Shown here: positions 13,400 through 26,445 of the stretch, in pieces | Numbering within the stretch: position 1 is the first letter of the stretch | Layout of the letters: every line of letters starts with the position of its first letter | Source: Camelus ferus | Taxonomy: Eukaryota | Length of the DNA: 64,000 bases | Assembly (NCBI RefSeq): GCF_009834535.1 | Contig: NC_045697.1 | Span: 47,680,001-47,744,000 of the forward strand | Reading direction: 5' to 3' | Notes under the pieces: generated by a model | The model's input: the letters and a program-made list of their open reading frames with translations, nothing else | Told to the model about the DNA's origin: nothing | Databases searched by the model: none | Translations under genes and position numbers: made by a program

Positions 13400-13830
13400 C
13401 TCCTTACTGTGTGCCGGGCACTGCGTTTGTTGCTGAGGCTCTGAAGTGACCTGGACCCAGACCTGCAGGAGCCCAGCGGGAGAATAAACAGTAAATTTAA
13501 ACACAAAACTTATTACAGTGGATAATTCACATAACAGGTGACAAGTGCTATGACGAAAGTATGTGTGGCTTAGAGTGGGAACCAAAGACCAGGTCCCTGA
13601 GCCCAGCTTGAGGGAGCAGAGAAGGCTTCTGGGAGGTGGTGATGCCCGGATTGAGTCTTAGAGGCAGTTGCAGGGGGGCAGGGGCAGGGAGCTGGGGGGA
13701 AGGAAGGAGGCAGAGAGGCAGTTCCAGGAAGAGGGAAGTGTGGGAGCACGGAGAGAGAGGCGGGAGGCGGCAGGGGGGCGGTGTGCGCTACCCTCACATG
13801 AAGGACTGGCAGGAGACAAGGTGGGTGAGC
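13400..13830 (-). mobile_element. L2 LINE fragment
   Basis: TACTGTGTGCCGGGCACTG...AAGTGCTATGA...GAAGGCTTCTGGGAGGTGGTGATG. Confidence 0.65.
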
Positions 13831-15849
13831 TCAGCAGAGGCCAGGTCAAGAGCGTAAAGAACGTAAGTGACTCTGTTACATGAACCCCAAACAGGACACC
13901 GTCAGAGACCACCAGGAACTGTGGCACAGGGAGCTAAAGGGTGCAGAGTCATGAGCTGTTCCAGAAAACGTAGGCCTTTGGTCAGCTCAGTTGGGAGGCA
14001 GGCCAGCAGTAAAAACATAAGTGAAATTAGCTTTCTTGACGACTTACCCAAATACTCCTTTTAATTAAGGGCAGTTATTTTCAAAGGTCCATTTCAATGA
14101 GTCCTGCTGCTCTGACCCTCGCAGCAACAAAATAAGTATCCAGGGAGATGCTAACGGTTTAAGGTGCTGTCTTCAGACCCACAGAAATGCACAAACCTCA
14201 GGGAAACGTACCGCAGAAGCTGACCATGGATCTGAACCTCTATCAAGTCTTCTCCAACCCTTCACCCCTAACTCTACCCTTCACCCCCAGGCCACATTAA
14301 ATATCCTCAACTCCCACTGCGTTCACTTCCACTCCTGGTTTGAGCTCTTGGTTTACCTGCCTCTCTCTCCTCTTAGAACCACTAGACTCTCCAGAAAATA
14401 CTCTTTTGAGACATTTCCTATGACATAGCCTCCATCAAGGTAAGGACCTGGTTATAGGGACTCAGAGTCTCCAGTGTCTGTCCTGGGCACTTAGCACACA
14501 CTCGTTAAATAACTGTTGACTGAATTAATTTGCTGAGCACATACTGCGGGTCAGCCCAGGGTGGTGATTTATCTCCTCCCTGATGGCTCAGTCTCACCCC
14601 AAAACTGAATCTCACACTTTACCCTGGACACTGTCTCTTAAACCAGTCAAGACATTGGGTGCTTCCCAACCCAACCCAGTCTGGCTTGTCACAGAGTGGC
14701 TGGTATCATAAAAAGAGAATGAAAACAAAGACCCCAAGAGGTGGTTTTCTAGGAGTTTTCTAGCAGCTAGGTATTTTGAAAAAGGAAAAAGAGGAGCCTA
14801 TGAGAGCATGACAGGGAGAGCTAACGTAGTCTACGTGAAAAGGATCTGTTCTTGTGTCTCTCTCCCCATTATCATCCACTAGAAGGTGGGATCTATGTCC
14901 AGAGCATCTTTATATGTCCAGTTCCTGGCGCAGTGAGAAGCTCACAGTGGATGGTCAGTGCTTGCTGGATTTAACAGAGTCTATCATTAGAGGGATATGT
15001 CTGTGAATTGAATCGGAACACTTAAGTCAGTCAATTGGGAAGATATTTGAAGTAATTAATCAGTAGGGGAGACATAGAGATAAAGCCTTATATGTTTCTT
15101 TCTTCTCCAGACAAGAACCCTCCTTGTGTGATGATACATTCCTTTGTGCATATAAAATCCACTAGATTAAAGCTTATCTTAATTTCTTGGGAAACTCCCA
15201 AAGTCTTTTAGCTGAAGACAGTGAAACATTCTTGACTTATTTGCAAGACATTTTCAAAAGCATATCTACCTCCTCTTCGAATGCATTTTTTCTTTCCTGC
15301 AGAGGGATGATTTCATCTATTTGATGTTGGATCTTACTAGCTGCTATTTCAGAAGGTGGCATCTTCTGACCTTCATCTCTGAAGACATCTCCTATTTGGG
15401 ACATTTATCCCCAGTCTCTATCTGGTACAGAGCAAAGAACAGTGGACCACCCCTAGGTAGTACCTAGTGGACTTTGGGCAACACACTTATCCTCTCTGGC
15501 CCCATTTTCTTCATGTTTGAATTAAAAAACCTATTAGACTACATGATTTCTCCAGTGGCTTCTGGCTCTGACACTGCTTTCTGAGATAATGTCCTACTAA
15601 GGTGGAAATTACTGATGACAGATAGTTGCTCAAACCATGGGGACTGGGGAAAGAGGCATGGTGATGTGAGGACTAACACATAAGGGGAAAAAGAGGAGCC
15701 ACTCGTGGGCAAGAATGGGAGAGATTTAGGAAAAGGAGGCCAGAAACTCTGGTCCTGGCAGAAAACTGGTGGCTGAGTCCAACAGGGGCAGGAAGGAAAG
15801 GGTAAGACAAAGAGCACTGACAATGGGGTAGGCAAAGTATAAGGAACCC

Positions 15850-16190
15850 CAGGCAACAGCAGGGAGCCAGGGAGCCATGACCAACACTAGGCCTGAAGGG
15901 ACATAGGAGAGAACCCAGAAGAGCCATGGCCTTTGAAAACAGAGGAACTCAACTAACCACAAGCAACTCATGGGGCAGGAGGAGGGGAGCTGGCAGGGGT
16001 GGAGTGGAGGGGGTGAGTACCCCTACCTCACTCTCCTACAGCCCTCCCATCTCCTGCCAGGGTCTCCCAGTGCTTATACCCAACTGGGAGGCAGAGGAGA
16101 AAGAGCCAATCACTGCATGCAGCCTCCAGGATCGCAGAACAGAGAGACCTGTAGGTGTGGGATGGGTAAACAAAAAATATCCAACCAAAA
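15850..16190 (-). mobile_element. LTR33-like ERVL solo LTR fragment
   Basis: ACCTCACTCTCCTACAGCCCTCCCATCTCCTGCCAGGGTCTCCC...CCCAACTGGGAGGCAGAGG resembles antisense LTR33. Confidence 0.65.
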
Positions 16191-17254
16191 TACTTTGTCT
16201 GCTATGCAGTTTGGTCTCTGTGGCTCTGTTCTTGAAATAAGGCAGGGGTGATGTATCATGACCATCAGGAGACCACAGCCAGCCTTCTGCAGAACTGATC
16301 ATGTGATGAGGCAGGGAAAAAACAAGCTGGGTCAAGGTGAGGCCGGCTGGAGCCAGGATGGACTCATTCCTGCAGTTCCAGAGGAAGAATGAACAGCAAG
16401 GACGAACTAGGAACTCATAGAAGGCTGAGGGCAATTCCAAAGCATTGCCTGAAAACCAAAATCCAGAGACACAAGCCATGAACTACCTGGGAAGTTGGGT
16501 ACAGCACAGGGGAAATTCCAATGAGTGGGTTACTGCTTATTTCAACAGGCTTTTGTGGGCCCGACAGCCACAAGCACAGCAGCTCCCTCCCATGAAGGAG
16601 TTCTGACATCACCACAAGATGTCTTCCTAGGAGCCCAAGAAGCTTCTTCCTTAGGGACTCGGATACTTAGATACTCAGCCACCCCGGGGGCGTAAATGTT
16701 GAGGTGAGTGGAGCTCCGTATGCCTGAGGTGCAGCGGGGACAACTGTAAGACATCAAAGTCTTGTTCATGAGTGATTATGTTCGAATGTGAAGTATCCCA
16801 GGCTAGGCTGAGGATAAACAAAAGTGCAAGGAAATGTTTTAACTACTGAAGAGATCAAAGCCTAGGCAGTGCTTCAGGGGCAATGACGTACACGTGAAGT
16901 ACAGGTATTCAAACTACAACTCATTTTTCTTTGCTCAGTAGGACCTAAGTGAGGCAATGCTTTTCCTTAAGAAGCTGGTTCTACATGGTATGAACCTGGG
17001 GAAAATTATGGAAGAATATCTATGCTTTTAGCCTTGTTTACCTTGAAGAATTCCTACAATGGGCATATTGTTACTTCCATAATAAATTATAAATGTAGAA
17101 AAGTTTAAAATAAATAAATCAGCAATGAATTTTTTTTAAAAAGACAGTCACACAAATAAAAACTTTCATCGATGAAGGCATCTCTCTCTAAAAGCCCAAA
17201 CTGGGAAGGTTTGACACTGTGTTTGCACCATGCACTTCCATGTCCTGCACAGGC

Positions 17255-17460
17255 CCTTGATTGTGGAGGAAAAAGCACTGGTTTTGAAGGAATTACAACT
17301 GCCTGGTCCCTCAATCTGGAGTCTTGAGACCTGAATTCTTTTCAGATTGCTCACTGTAACTTTGCTAATCACTTTTAGCTCACTGAATTACAACTTCTTG
17401 AGAAGTAAAATCATATAACAATATATGCCTCATAGGGTGTTGCCAGGATTACAGAAGCTA
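17255..17460 (+). mobile_element. MIR SINE fragment
   Basis: GTGGAGGAAAAAGCACTGG...GGAGTCTTGAGACCTGAATTC...CTCACTGTAACTTTG...CCTCATAGGGTGTTG. Confidence 0.55.
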
Positions 17461-18478
17461 CCAGAAGCAAGTGTGTAACATTACTACAGCTCCCTCCTCC
17501 CCTTTGAAAACATAGGGAAATTTAGGTTCGTATTTCTATATTATTTTTTAATATATGTAGATGTATCTCCCTCCTAAATTAAAAAAAAAAATACACTTTA
17601 AAAGCTTCCCTACACCCATAGCCCTAAACTCCTCATGACCTTTACTTCGCTGAGACAGCAGTCTAAAAGGTAAACAAAGGTTATAATTGGGCTCAGATTT
17701 GGGAGTATTGTAATCATTTTGGCAAGTTTGATTTCTGCTGCATTCTTGTCCTCCCTGGATTAGTCTCCAAACGAACAGAACAAAAGAAAAAGAAAAAGTT
17801 TTAATTGAGGTGATTTATGGCATTCCATTTCCTTTCCAGATTTTGCATTCGTTGAGCAAGGATTGGGTTTCAAGGCTTAAAGGTTGAGTTCAGAGAAAAT
17901 TCCTTTCATTTTTTAATGAAAGCTTAAAACCTTGGAGTATACATTGCAGGTCTGTAGTGGTATCTATGCCTTTAGAATAATTTTTAAAAATAACTTTATT
18001 CCAACTGGCACATGTTTCTTCACATTCCTTTCTTATCCTTAACAAAGTCAGAGCTGCTCCTGGGCTCATATTCTCAGCAGTGTCACTACCACGTATGGCG
18101 GCAACTGAGAGAGTTGAACCATTTTCACACAGGGGACAGGAAGTTTCCAGGAGGCTAGAAGGAGGGACAGCGGGTCACCTGTTTCATCCTTTCCCCCCAC
18201 TAGACTGGATGTCAGGGGGCCTGGACTTTAGTCCCAATTAACTCATCTGTAAAAGAGTTAGACTAAATTTTCCCTGACTCCCTTAAATGTCACAATTTTA
18301 TGCTTCCTCCCAGCCACTCCCTTAAAATGCTTAGATAAATTTGCTTCATTACCCTGACAAAGGAAAGATGAAATGTGAGAGAACATTTACACAAGAGGTA
18401 TATTCCCATGTTATGTGAACTTACTTTTCCGAAAGGAAATAATACAATAACTGTATCATAAAAACGGCCTTTCTGGTA

Positions 18479-18964
18479 GTATATTAGTTTCCTATGGCTG
18501 CTGTTAACTAGTTACCACAAATTTAGCAGCTTACAACACTATAAATTTATTCTTTTGCAGGTCTGGAGGTCTGGAAGTCCGGCATGGGTTTCTCTGGGCT
18601 AAAGTCAAGGTGTCTGCAGGTCTGGTTCTTTCTTAAGGCTCAGAGGGGAGAACCTGTTCCTCTGTCTTTTTCAGCCACTGTGTTCCTTGGCTTACTGTCC
18701 CTTCTTCCATCTTCAAGGCACACCGCTCCAGCTGCCACTTCTGCCATTACATCTCCTCTTCCGGGGTGGTTTCTCCCTCTGCCTCCCTCCTCTACGGACC
18801 CCTGTGATTACATGATTGGGTCCATCTGGATAATCCACGCTACTCTATCTCCCATCTCAAAATCCTTAATCACATCTGCAAAGTCCCTTTTGCCACCTAA
18901 GGTTATACAGCACAGTAGGGGACTAGAATCTGAACAACTCAGGGGTCATTACTCAGACTCTCAC
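18479..18964 (-). mobile_element. MLT1C/D-like MaLR solo LTR
   Basis: TATTAGTTTCCTATGGCTGCTG...TTACCACAAATTTAG...CTGGGCTAAAGTCAAGGTG...ATCCTTAATCACATCTGCAAAGTCCCTTTTGCCA. Confidence 0.85.
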
Positions 18965-20323
18965 AGGCAGCATATTTGTGACGATCATTTTTAAAACATA
19001 AAGTTGAAATTTTACAGACAGTGGGTTGAAGGTCCAAGGGCCCCACCTGCCCTTCTTCTCCTTTCCTGGGCTTCCTCTCAAGCAGAGGAAGGGGCAGGGA
19101 ACAGTCTGGGGAAACTGGAACCATCAAGTTCAATCGACGAGGTTGGGATTCAGTAACTGTCTTAGCAGCCTGGGCTAGAACAATAGCAAAGTTACGAAAG
19201 CATACCTTTGTTCCCTGTACCCTCCCCTCTTGGAACTGCCACCTTCCTCCTGCTGCTTCTCTCCAGAGGAAAGGAAGTTTAAGTCAGAAGTTCTCCATGG
19301 TACCTGTGCCAGCTCTTTGCACTGTTTTAAAAGTTCTGTTTTCTACTCCCAACCTGACAGTTCGGGAGCAACTAGGTGACATGCTGTTTAGAGTTGCTGA
19401 TTCAAGGAATTCACATAGAGCTTTTCATCTTCATGGAGATGTTATGCCATTCCAATCTGATTGGCTGGAAACTTTAAAGACCATCCTTTTAAATGCTCTT
19501 TTTATTTCAGAGGCCCTAACTCCTTCCCATTCATAGAGTCAACAGTGCATCTGAGTATCTTCAGGGACTCCTATTCCCTACCTCGATCCACCACCCAAAA
19601 ACTCCTCTGGAGCCTCGGGACAAAGCAAACTGCAAACCGTGCATCTGGAGGGCCTCCTATGCAGGGTCTCCTTAAAAAGCATGCTTTGCCAAAAACTGGC
19701 ATCTGTCACTGATGCTCAAAAACAGAAAAGAAAAATGTGGTGAAGAAGACACTGCTCAAAACGTATCGAACTATGTTTAGAGGTGTTCCATAATTTGCTT
19801 TCGTTGTAGAGATGACTTTTATTCTTTTCACTTAGAAACTCTAAATCAAACAGAACTCTTCTTTCTGAATTTTAAAGATTATGCAATCCAAATAGGTGAA
19901 GGGTAATCAACTCAAAGGGCCTCTATTTCTCCACATGGAGCACTCTGTGGACTGTGGTTGAAAACAATTTTTTTAAACCAGTGTAAAAGCCGGGGCAAGA
20001 TTAATAAAACTACGTGACAGTGATGCCAGAAATCAGTTCAGATACTCACACTGGTTCTTGAAAATGAATCAAATGGCCCTTAAACCTCCTTGATAATTAC
20101 ATCTTGAAAGGGGAGCATTTTATTTTAACTTACTTTATTCCTTTAGGGAGCAATTATCTTAATCTACTGCAATTTCTGTATGAATGGAGATTAGCCATAT
20201 TCATTTAGCAAAAACATCATTCATTTTGTCTCAGGCAAAATGAAAGTCCTTTCCTGACAGTTCTACACCATGGCTGCATAGTACTCCATCATATAGGTGT
20301 TTCAGTCACCATATACCCACATA

Positions 20324-20965
20324 CAGTGGATTCTCATTATTCGTGGTAGTTAAATTCTATAAAGTCTCCACAAACACTGAATTAGTTAATACTGAACCAT
20401 TGCTCTTTGGGGAAGTACAAGGTAGGGTTCCTGCAGCCTCTGGTCACAACATTTACATTTTCGTCAATCAATTTATACATAACCTTATTTTACATGTTTC
20501 TGTTTAAGGACAGCTTATTTAACATACATTGTTGATTCATCAGCATTGAACTCACACCTAACAGTACCGTATATAGTAAATGCCTGAACAAAACTCATCT
20601 AACACACACATTTTCCCCATAAGGCACATCACTGGCTTCTTGCTTAGGAAACTAGACTGCACTTCAGCGCTATGCTGGAAGGCCATTTTAAACTGTGAAA
20701 TCACCACCAAAAAGCACAAAAATGTGAAAAACATGATACTAAATAGACTGTGAAAAAGATACTTGTTTACAGTGTGAGAAGTGAAACAAGAAGGCAGATC
20801 ATCATCTTGTCTGACTTCTTCCAGGAACATGCATGTCAAGCAACTCGAATTTTCTGCCACTCTGCTCATGCCATCAATGACTACAAAAGTGCCATGAGTA
20901 TTGATTTGGGGGCTACAAATAAATGTTAGTGAGTAGGTGAATCCACAGATAACGAGGCTCAACTG
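20324..20965. mobile_element. MER82 (TcMar-Tigger family) near full-length MITE
   Basis: Termini CAGTGGATTCTCATTATTC / GATAACGAGGCTCAACTG form an imperfect TIR, with TA on both sides (20322-23 and 20966-67). The internal sequence follows the recalled MER82 consensus. Confidence 0.9.
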
Positions 20966-21559
20966 TATTATATCTCGTAAGAAACATGTCCAGTCTCTTT
21001 AACCCTTAGTCACCTCTCAGACACTCCCTGATCTGCTGTGAGTTCTCCTGGTTCCTCGGGTCCGGCAGCGCTGACCCTGTTTTACTACCTATCAGTGCCC
21101 AGCAACCACGCAGCAAAATTCCTAGCTGACACAGAGGAGGCATTCAATTTATGTTTGTTAAATTAATCAAACCAGTCTGCCTGACCCCAAAGGAACCTTT
21201 AGTCATTCCCCCCCTGAGATCAGTGTTATAAAACAGTTCTATACTATCTCCAACACTCAAAGTACCAAACATCATTAACCTAAAAGAATGGTAGCCCAGA
21301 ATGAAGAAATAATGTTTCCCAATGAAATGAAATGACATCTGCCTCCAGCTCCTCAGTTGACCCAGTATCTTCTGGAACATTCATGCACACAGCTAAGAAA
21401 ATCCCATCACTACAGAAGGTGCAGGCAAAGGAGGGGAAGGTGTCAGGTTAAAGAGGTGAGAAATCAGAGCAAAGCAAAGTAACAAAGCAAATCACTGGGT
21501 CCCAGCCGCAGGGACGATAGAAAACAGCATTGCCCAAGCAGTGATCCCCTTGCCTGGGG

Positions 21560-21729
21560 CAGTATTTCTCAAAGTGTGCACCTGAGGAGCTTAAGTAACT
21601 ATTAAAATATGCAGATCCCATGTTCTACACCAGACCAAATACTGCAGAATCTCTAAGCAGGGATCAGAGAGCTGAATTCTCAACAAGCTCTCTGTGCACG
21701 CTCACACAAACCTATGTTTGGGAGCCCTG
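21560..21729. mobile_element. MER5A-like hAT-Charlie element
   Basis: CAGTATTTCTCAAAGTGTG...AAAATATGCAGAT...CAGAATCTCT...AACAAGCTC...TTTGGGAGCCCTG. Confidence 0.75.
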
Positions 21730-21879
21730 CTCCAGACACAGAATGGGTGCAGTACGGAGCCACAGCTTCTGGTGCCTCCTGAGAATTGGGTCCAAAGGCC
21801 CAATCCATCTACTAGCCAGGAAACATGGAGTCTCCACTCTCATCTGTAAATATGAGGGTAATACTTAGTTTACAGGATT

Positions 21880-22089
21880 GCTCCACTGTGACACTGCTGA
21901 CACTTGGGGCATGATAACTGTTTTCAATGAGGGTCATCCTGTGTGTGGTAGGATGTTTGATAGCATCCACAGCCTCTACCCACTAGATGACAGTAGTAAC
22001 ACCCCAGTAGCAACAATCATAACTATTTCCAGACATTGCCAAATTTCCCCTGGGGAGCAGGGGACAGAGTAAGTGGTTGAGACCCACTG
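21880..22089. mobile_element. MER20 hAT element inserted into a MIR (MIR halves ~21735-21880 and ~22090-22160)
   Basis: GTAGGATGTTTGATAGCATCC...CTCTACCCACTAGATG...CCAGACATTGCCAAAT...GTTGAGACCCACTG. The flanks carry the MIR core CTCATCTGTAAA and a MIR tail. Confidence 0.85.
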
Positions 22090-22634
22090 ATTTAAAGGAT
22101 TTGCAGCTCTACTAAATGTGACAGGGTCTGACACATGGTAGGCCACTGATAAATGTTTATCTTTCTTCTTTCTCAACCCACAATGAATACCCAGAAAAGA
22201 GGCTCTGACAATTTTCACAAAGGTCCTCAGTGCTTTTTGTATTTTTGACACCTCCTTTGTTTCTCATCAGTGGCACCTTAAACCCTGGCTTTGCAGTCAG
22301 TTAAACTGAGCAGGCATTAGGCTATAAATTTAACTTGATTTTTGTTCTTAATATTGCAAATTTTCAGAAGCAATTGGTTGAGTCTTAACTTTACAATTCA
22401 TGCACATCATATGTACAGGGGTGAATGCGGGGTGAAGGCTCAGAGCCCTTATATCACTCTCAGGATTAATTTGACAACAAGTCTTTCATAGGCCAGTTCC
22501 TCAGCTCATAATCAAAGCACTAAAAGATTGGAGTGCATGGCCCATGGACTTCTCATCCAAAACAAGTCAAGATTCGCCATCCATGAAACAAAGAGATTGG
22601 ACTCAAGTCTCAGGTTCCTCTAAAATTCCATATA

Positions 22635-23242
22635 ATTTTTTTTATTGAAGTATAGTCAGTTACAATGTGTCGATTTCTAATCTACAGCATAATGTCCCCG
22701 TCATGCATATGTGTACATATATTCACTTTCATATTCTTTTTCATTAAAGGTTATTAGAAGATACTGAATATAGTTCCCTGTGCAATACAGGAGAAATTTG
22801 GTTTTCTATCTATTTTTACATACAGTGGTTAACATTTGAAAATCTCAAACTCTCAAACTTATTCCTTTCCACCCCCCCTTCCCTGGTAACCATAAGATTG
22901 TTTACTATGTCTGCAAGTCTGTTTCTTTTGTAGATGAGTTCATTAGTGTCCTCTTTTTCTTTTCTTTTTTTTCCTTTTTAGATTCTACATATGAGTGATA
23001 TCACATGGTATTTTTCTTTCTCTTTCTGGCATACTACATTTAGAATGACGATCTCCAGGTTCATTCATGTTACTGCAAATGGCATTACTTTATTATTTTT
23101 TATCACTCAGTAGTATTTCATTGTATAAATATACCACAATTTCTTTATCCAGTCATCTGTCAATGGACATTTAGGTTGCTTCTATGTCTTGGCTACTGCA
23201 TATAGTGTTGCTATGAACATTGGGGTACATGTATCTTTTCGA
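22635..23242 (-). mobile_element. Young 5'-truncated LINE-1 (camelid-type 3' end) with 14-bp TSD
   Basis: Poly(T), then TTTATTGAAGTATAGTCAGTTACAATG and antisense L1 3' UTR. Exact TSD TAAAATTCCATATA at 22621-22634 and 23243-23256. Confidence 0.92.
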
Positions 23243-24566
23243 TAAAATTCCATATACTTTTAAAAATTCTATTAATTCCAATCATCTCCTAATACTTTGT
23301 TTCTTTACCTAGCTTCTAACTCATCAACAATTGTATACTAGTATCAAAACTTAATAAGATAACTATATTTTAACATTCACTCAATAAATGTTTAATCAAA
23401 GTAACAGTTCGTGTCTACTCTGTGAAAAGCTTAATCTTCCCACCAACACCAAAAAATGATGGACATGGTCGCTGACCCCAAGAAGGGGAGGCAAACACAC
23501 AGAACAAAAATCAGATAAAAATCAAAATGAAATATCTGCTCTGGGCAAATGCAATAAGAGTCAATCTGAGACTGGAAAAAGATGAACAAAAGTTCAAGTG
23601 GTAAGGGAGAACTCATTATGTCTGAGAGAAAGAAATGGTTAAAAACAGAACAGTTGGAAAGAAAGAAAAAGATTTTCACTTGGCCTTCCAGACTTGGGGA
23701 CAAACAAGACAAAGATCAATTCAAGGCATGCTGGAAGCTGCAAGTTACAACGTCCTCATTACTTTTTCATAAGAGGAGACATCTCGCCTTGAAGTACAGC
23801 TGTTTTGAGTGATGAAAGATACGACTATAGAGGTAAATACACTGGATAATTAGAAATGGCAATTTGCTAGAAGAGGTTTCATCAAACTGATGCTTTGCTG
23901 ACTTCTTTGGCAGCAACTTGCGCAGGAAAAAAAAAATGTAATTCTGGGGCCATAGCAAACTTAGACGTATTACTTTCTTGAATAGATTGATCATATCAGT
24001 ACCGCAGCAATCCCTTTATTTGCTTCAAAATAACACAGGGAAAGAGTTGAAAGATAGCCTCCAACTATGTGTTAGGAGCTGCTCTCTCTTTTCTTTCAAC
24101 TGCAGCATATTCTTCCTCCACTCAAACCTGCCTCGCTTTCATAATAATCAACAGTGCTGCTTTGGGAGAAATATGTCTGCAATAACATATGGCAGGGGTG
24201 TGGCCTTGTCAGTAGCTCCACGTCGTGTGTGTGTTAAATATGAGGCACAGACTCATGTCTCCTAGAAGCTTATAGTGAATTATTTGTGGTTGAACACATG
24301 ATGTGTCCAAGAAAAGAGTTCTGTTTGTTTTTGGCTAACCTGACATCTCTTTTGAGTAGTAACAACCACAGTAAAAATCAGGTTCTGACAAGGGCTAGAA
24401 ACCTACTGTCGACGGAACTGCTTCATCATCCCAAGTCAGATTCATGTTCATTGGCCGTAAGCGAAGACCGGCATTCAATGTCTTCACGTTGGATGGGCAG
24501 ACAGTTGGGGGGGGGGGGTTCTTGCTGCTTATATTTCCCTAAAGAAGTTATATTTAACAATTGTAG

Positions 24567-24912
24567 TGCTACAGGCTGAATTCTGTATCTCCCCAAAATT
24601 CATACATTGAAAACTAACCACAAATGCAGGGGAGGGCTTCTGGGAGATGATTAGGTCATGAGGTTGAATGGAATCATTACTTTTATAAAAGAGACCCTGG
24701 AGAGCGCCCTCATTCTTTCTGCCATGTGAGGACACAGCAGGAAGACAGCCGTCTGTGAACCACCAGGGAGCAGGCTCTCACCAGACAAGGAATTTGCTGG
24801 CACCTTAATCTTGGACTTCCCAGCCTCCAGAACTCTGAGAAATAAATGTCTGTTGTTTATAAGCCATCCAATCTATGGCATTCTGTTAGAGCAGCCCCAA
24901 AAGACTAAGACA
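24567..24912 (+). mobile_element. MLT1A0-like MaLR solo LTR
   Basis: TGCTACAGGCTGAAT...CCCCAAAATTCATA...GGACTTCCCAGCCTCCAGAACT..GAGAAATAAAT...GACTAAGACA. Confidence 0.9.
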
Positions 24913-25687
24913 TGCCATTATATTCCATTATATGTGGCACCACCACTGACACACACATTTTCATGGATCTCTTCATAGGGGAATATGAGTTAAGACCAAA
25001 AAAATTAATTGGCATATTACAAGCACTAAATATTTCAAAATACTAGTTAGTTTTACTTAATTTTGACCATTTTACTGACTTGCTCAGTCATTAATTTATA
25101 AAAATGGCTTTCATGCTCTGGAGGCAAATGCCCTCCAGTAGCATCCTCCCCAAAGAGTTCATTTCTCTCTCACACAAACAGACTGAAAGCAGAAAGCAAG
25201 AAATGCCACCACTACATGAAGGGATATCAGACTAAGGGTGCCTACAGAGGTGATCATCTCTGGAGAGATCATTACTCACAGAAGCCACAGTCATTCTTCA
25301 GCTAGAAAGATCACACAAGCCACTGCTCTTAAAACCTAAAGTCCCCAAACTAATAGAACTCATTTATCATTCACCACTGATTCTCCACTGGTAAAACTAG
25401 ATTACTCTGAATGACAGTCCCAAGAGGAATTGTGAGATTCAACTAGAAAACCAATCCATCAACAAATATGCCTACCACTGAGTGACAAAAGGTGGGGTAT
25501 ATCGAATACATTTAAACAAAATTGTCCTTGTCCTCAAGAAAGATTCAATATAGTAGAAAGGAGTTAAGATACTGAAATATGTCTAAGGTATTTTAGCATC
25601 AAGCCATACACCAGTGAGAATGGCAAAGAGCATCCCAAATGAATGCTGGCCTGTCACTTTCCTGTATTCTTTCTTTCATTTTCTTCT

Positions 25688-26070
25688 TTGTTTGGGTTCT
25701 TCCCAAAGCAGGGTCTGAAACAAGGCAAGGACTCAGGAAAAGGTAATTCATTTGGAAGATGTCCCAGAAAGTATGAGTGAGTGGGAGGGAAGAGTGACAA
25801 AAAGACAGAGGAGAAGCCAAGGTGTGTTGTGAAGATCATGGTCAGTCGGGTCTGTGTGCCAGTGGGACCTCTAAGAGGCAAAAAGAATGCCTTCCAGAAT
25901 GTTCATCTGCTGGGCTGGAGGCTGGGGCTTTCGGCTGAAGGTTTTCAGGGGCATAAACTCCATCATACTGACAAGCTGCACTTGCAGCCTGGCCTAGCTG
26001 ACTCCAGTGATCTGAGAAGGCCTTGAGATAGAGATAAGAGGCTGCCTGGCAGGTAAGGCACTATTTGCAT
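25688..26070 (-). mobile_element. LTR16-like ERVL LTR fragment
   Basis: TTTGGGTTCTTCCCAAAGCAGGGTCTGAAACAAGG...TTCATTTGGAAGATG resembles an antisense LTR16 terminus. Confidence 0.5.
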
Positions 26071-26445
26071 GAATCTGAGCTCTCATGGACCTATCACACA
26101 TCCAACCCCCAAAAGAAGTGGCGAAAAGCAGACATGGGCGAAGGAGATGAGATGTGAAGCGTCAAAAGCACCTGCTGCACCATCCTGCTCCAAAAGTGTT
26201 GTGAGTTCTCTGCTCACCTCTGAATATTCAGTCCCCTCTTCACTCTCAACTTTTTCCTTTGTCTCAGTCCTTCTTCCTTGTCCAACCTCCTCTATGTATC
26301 TGAAACAAGCTACATTTCTATTCAACAAATTGCCTAACTTCTGAGCTTTCCCACTTTAAAATTCTTTCAAGATGCTGTGTATAATTTTTTAAAATTTGTT
26401 CAATTAATAAAATACTGATGTGCTAGGCTCCCTGGGAGAAATAAA

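Noticed and set aside
18584..18994. 136-aa ORF (likewise 28008-28436 and 37629-37853)
   Set aside because: These are reading frames through MLT1 LTRs, a common source of spurious proteins.
20558..20962. 134-aa ORF as a possible transposase
   Set aside because: It lies within non-autonomous MER82 and shows no DDE or HTH features.
23700..24500. Possible hAT transposase remnant (DETSS motif on the minus strand)
   Set aside because: Only a short motif, with no TIRs or further transposase similarity.
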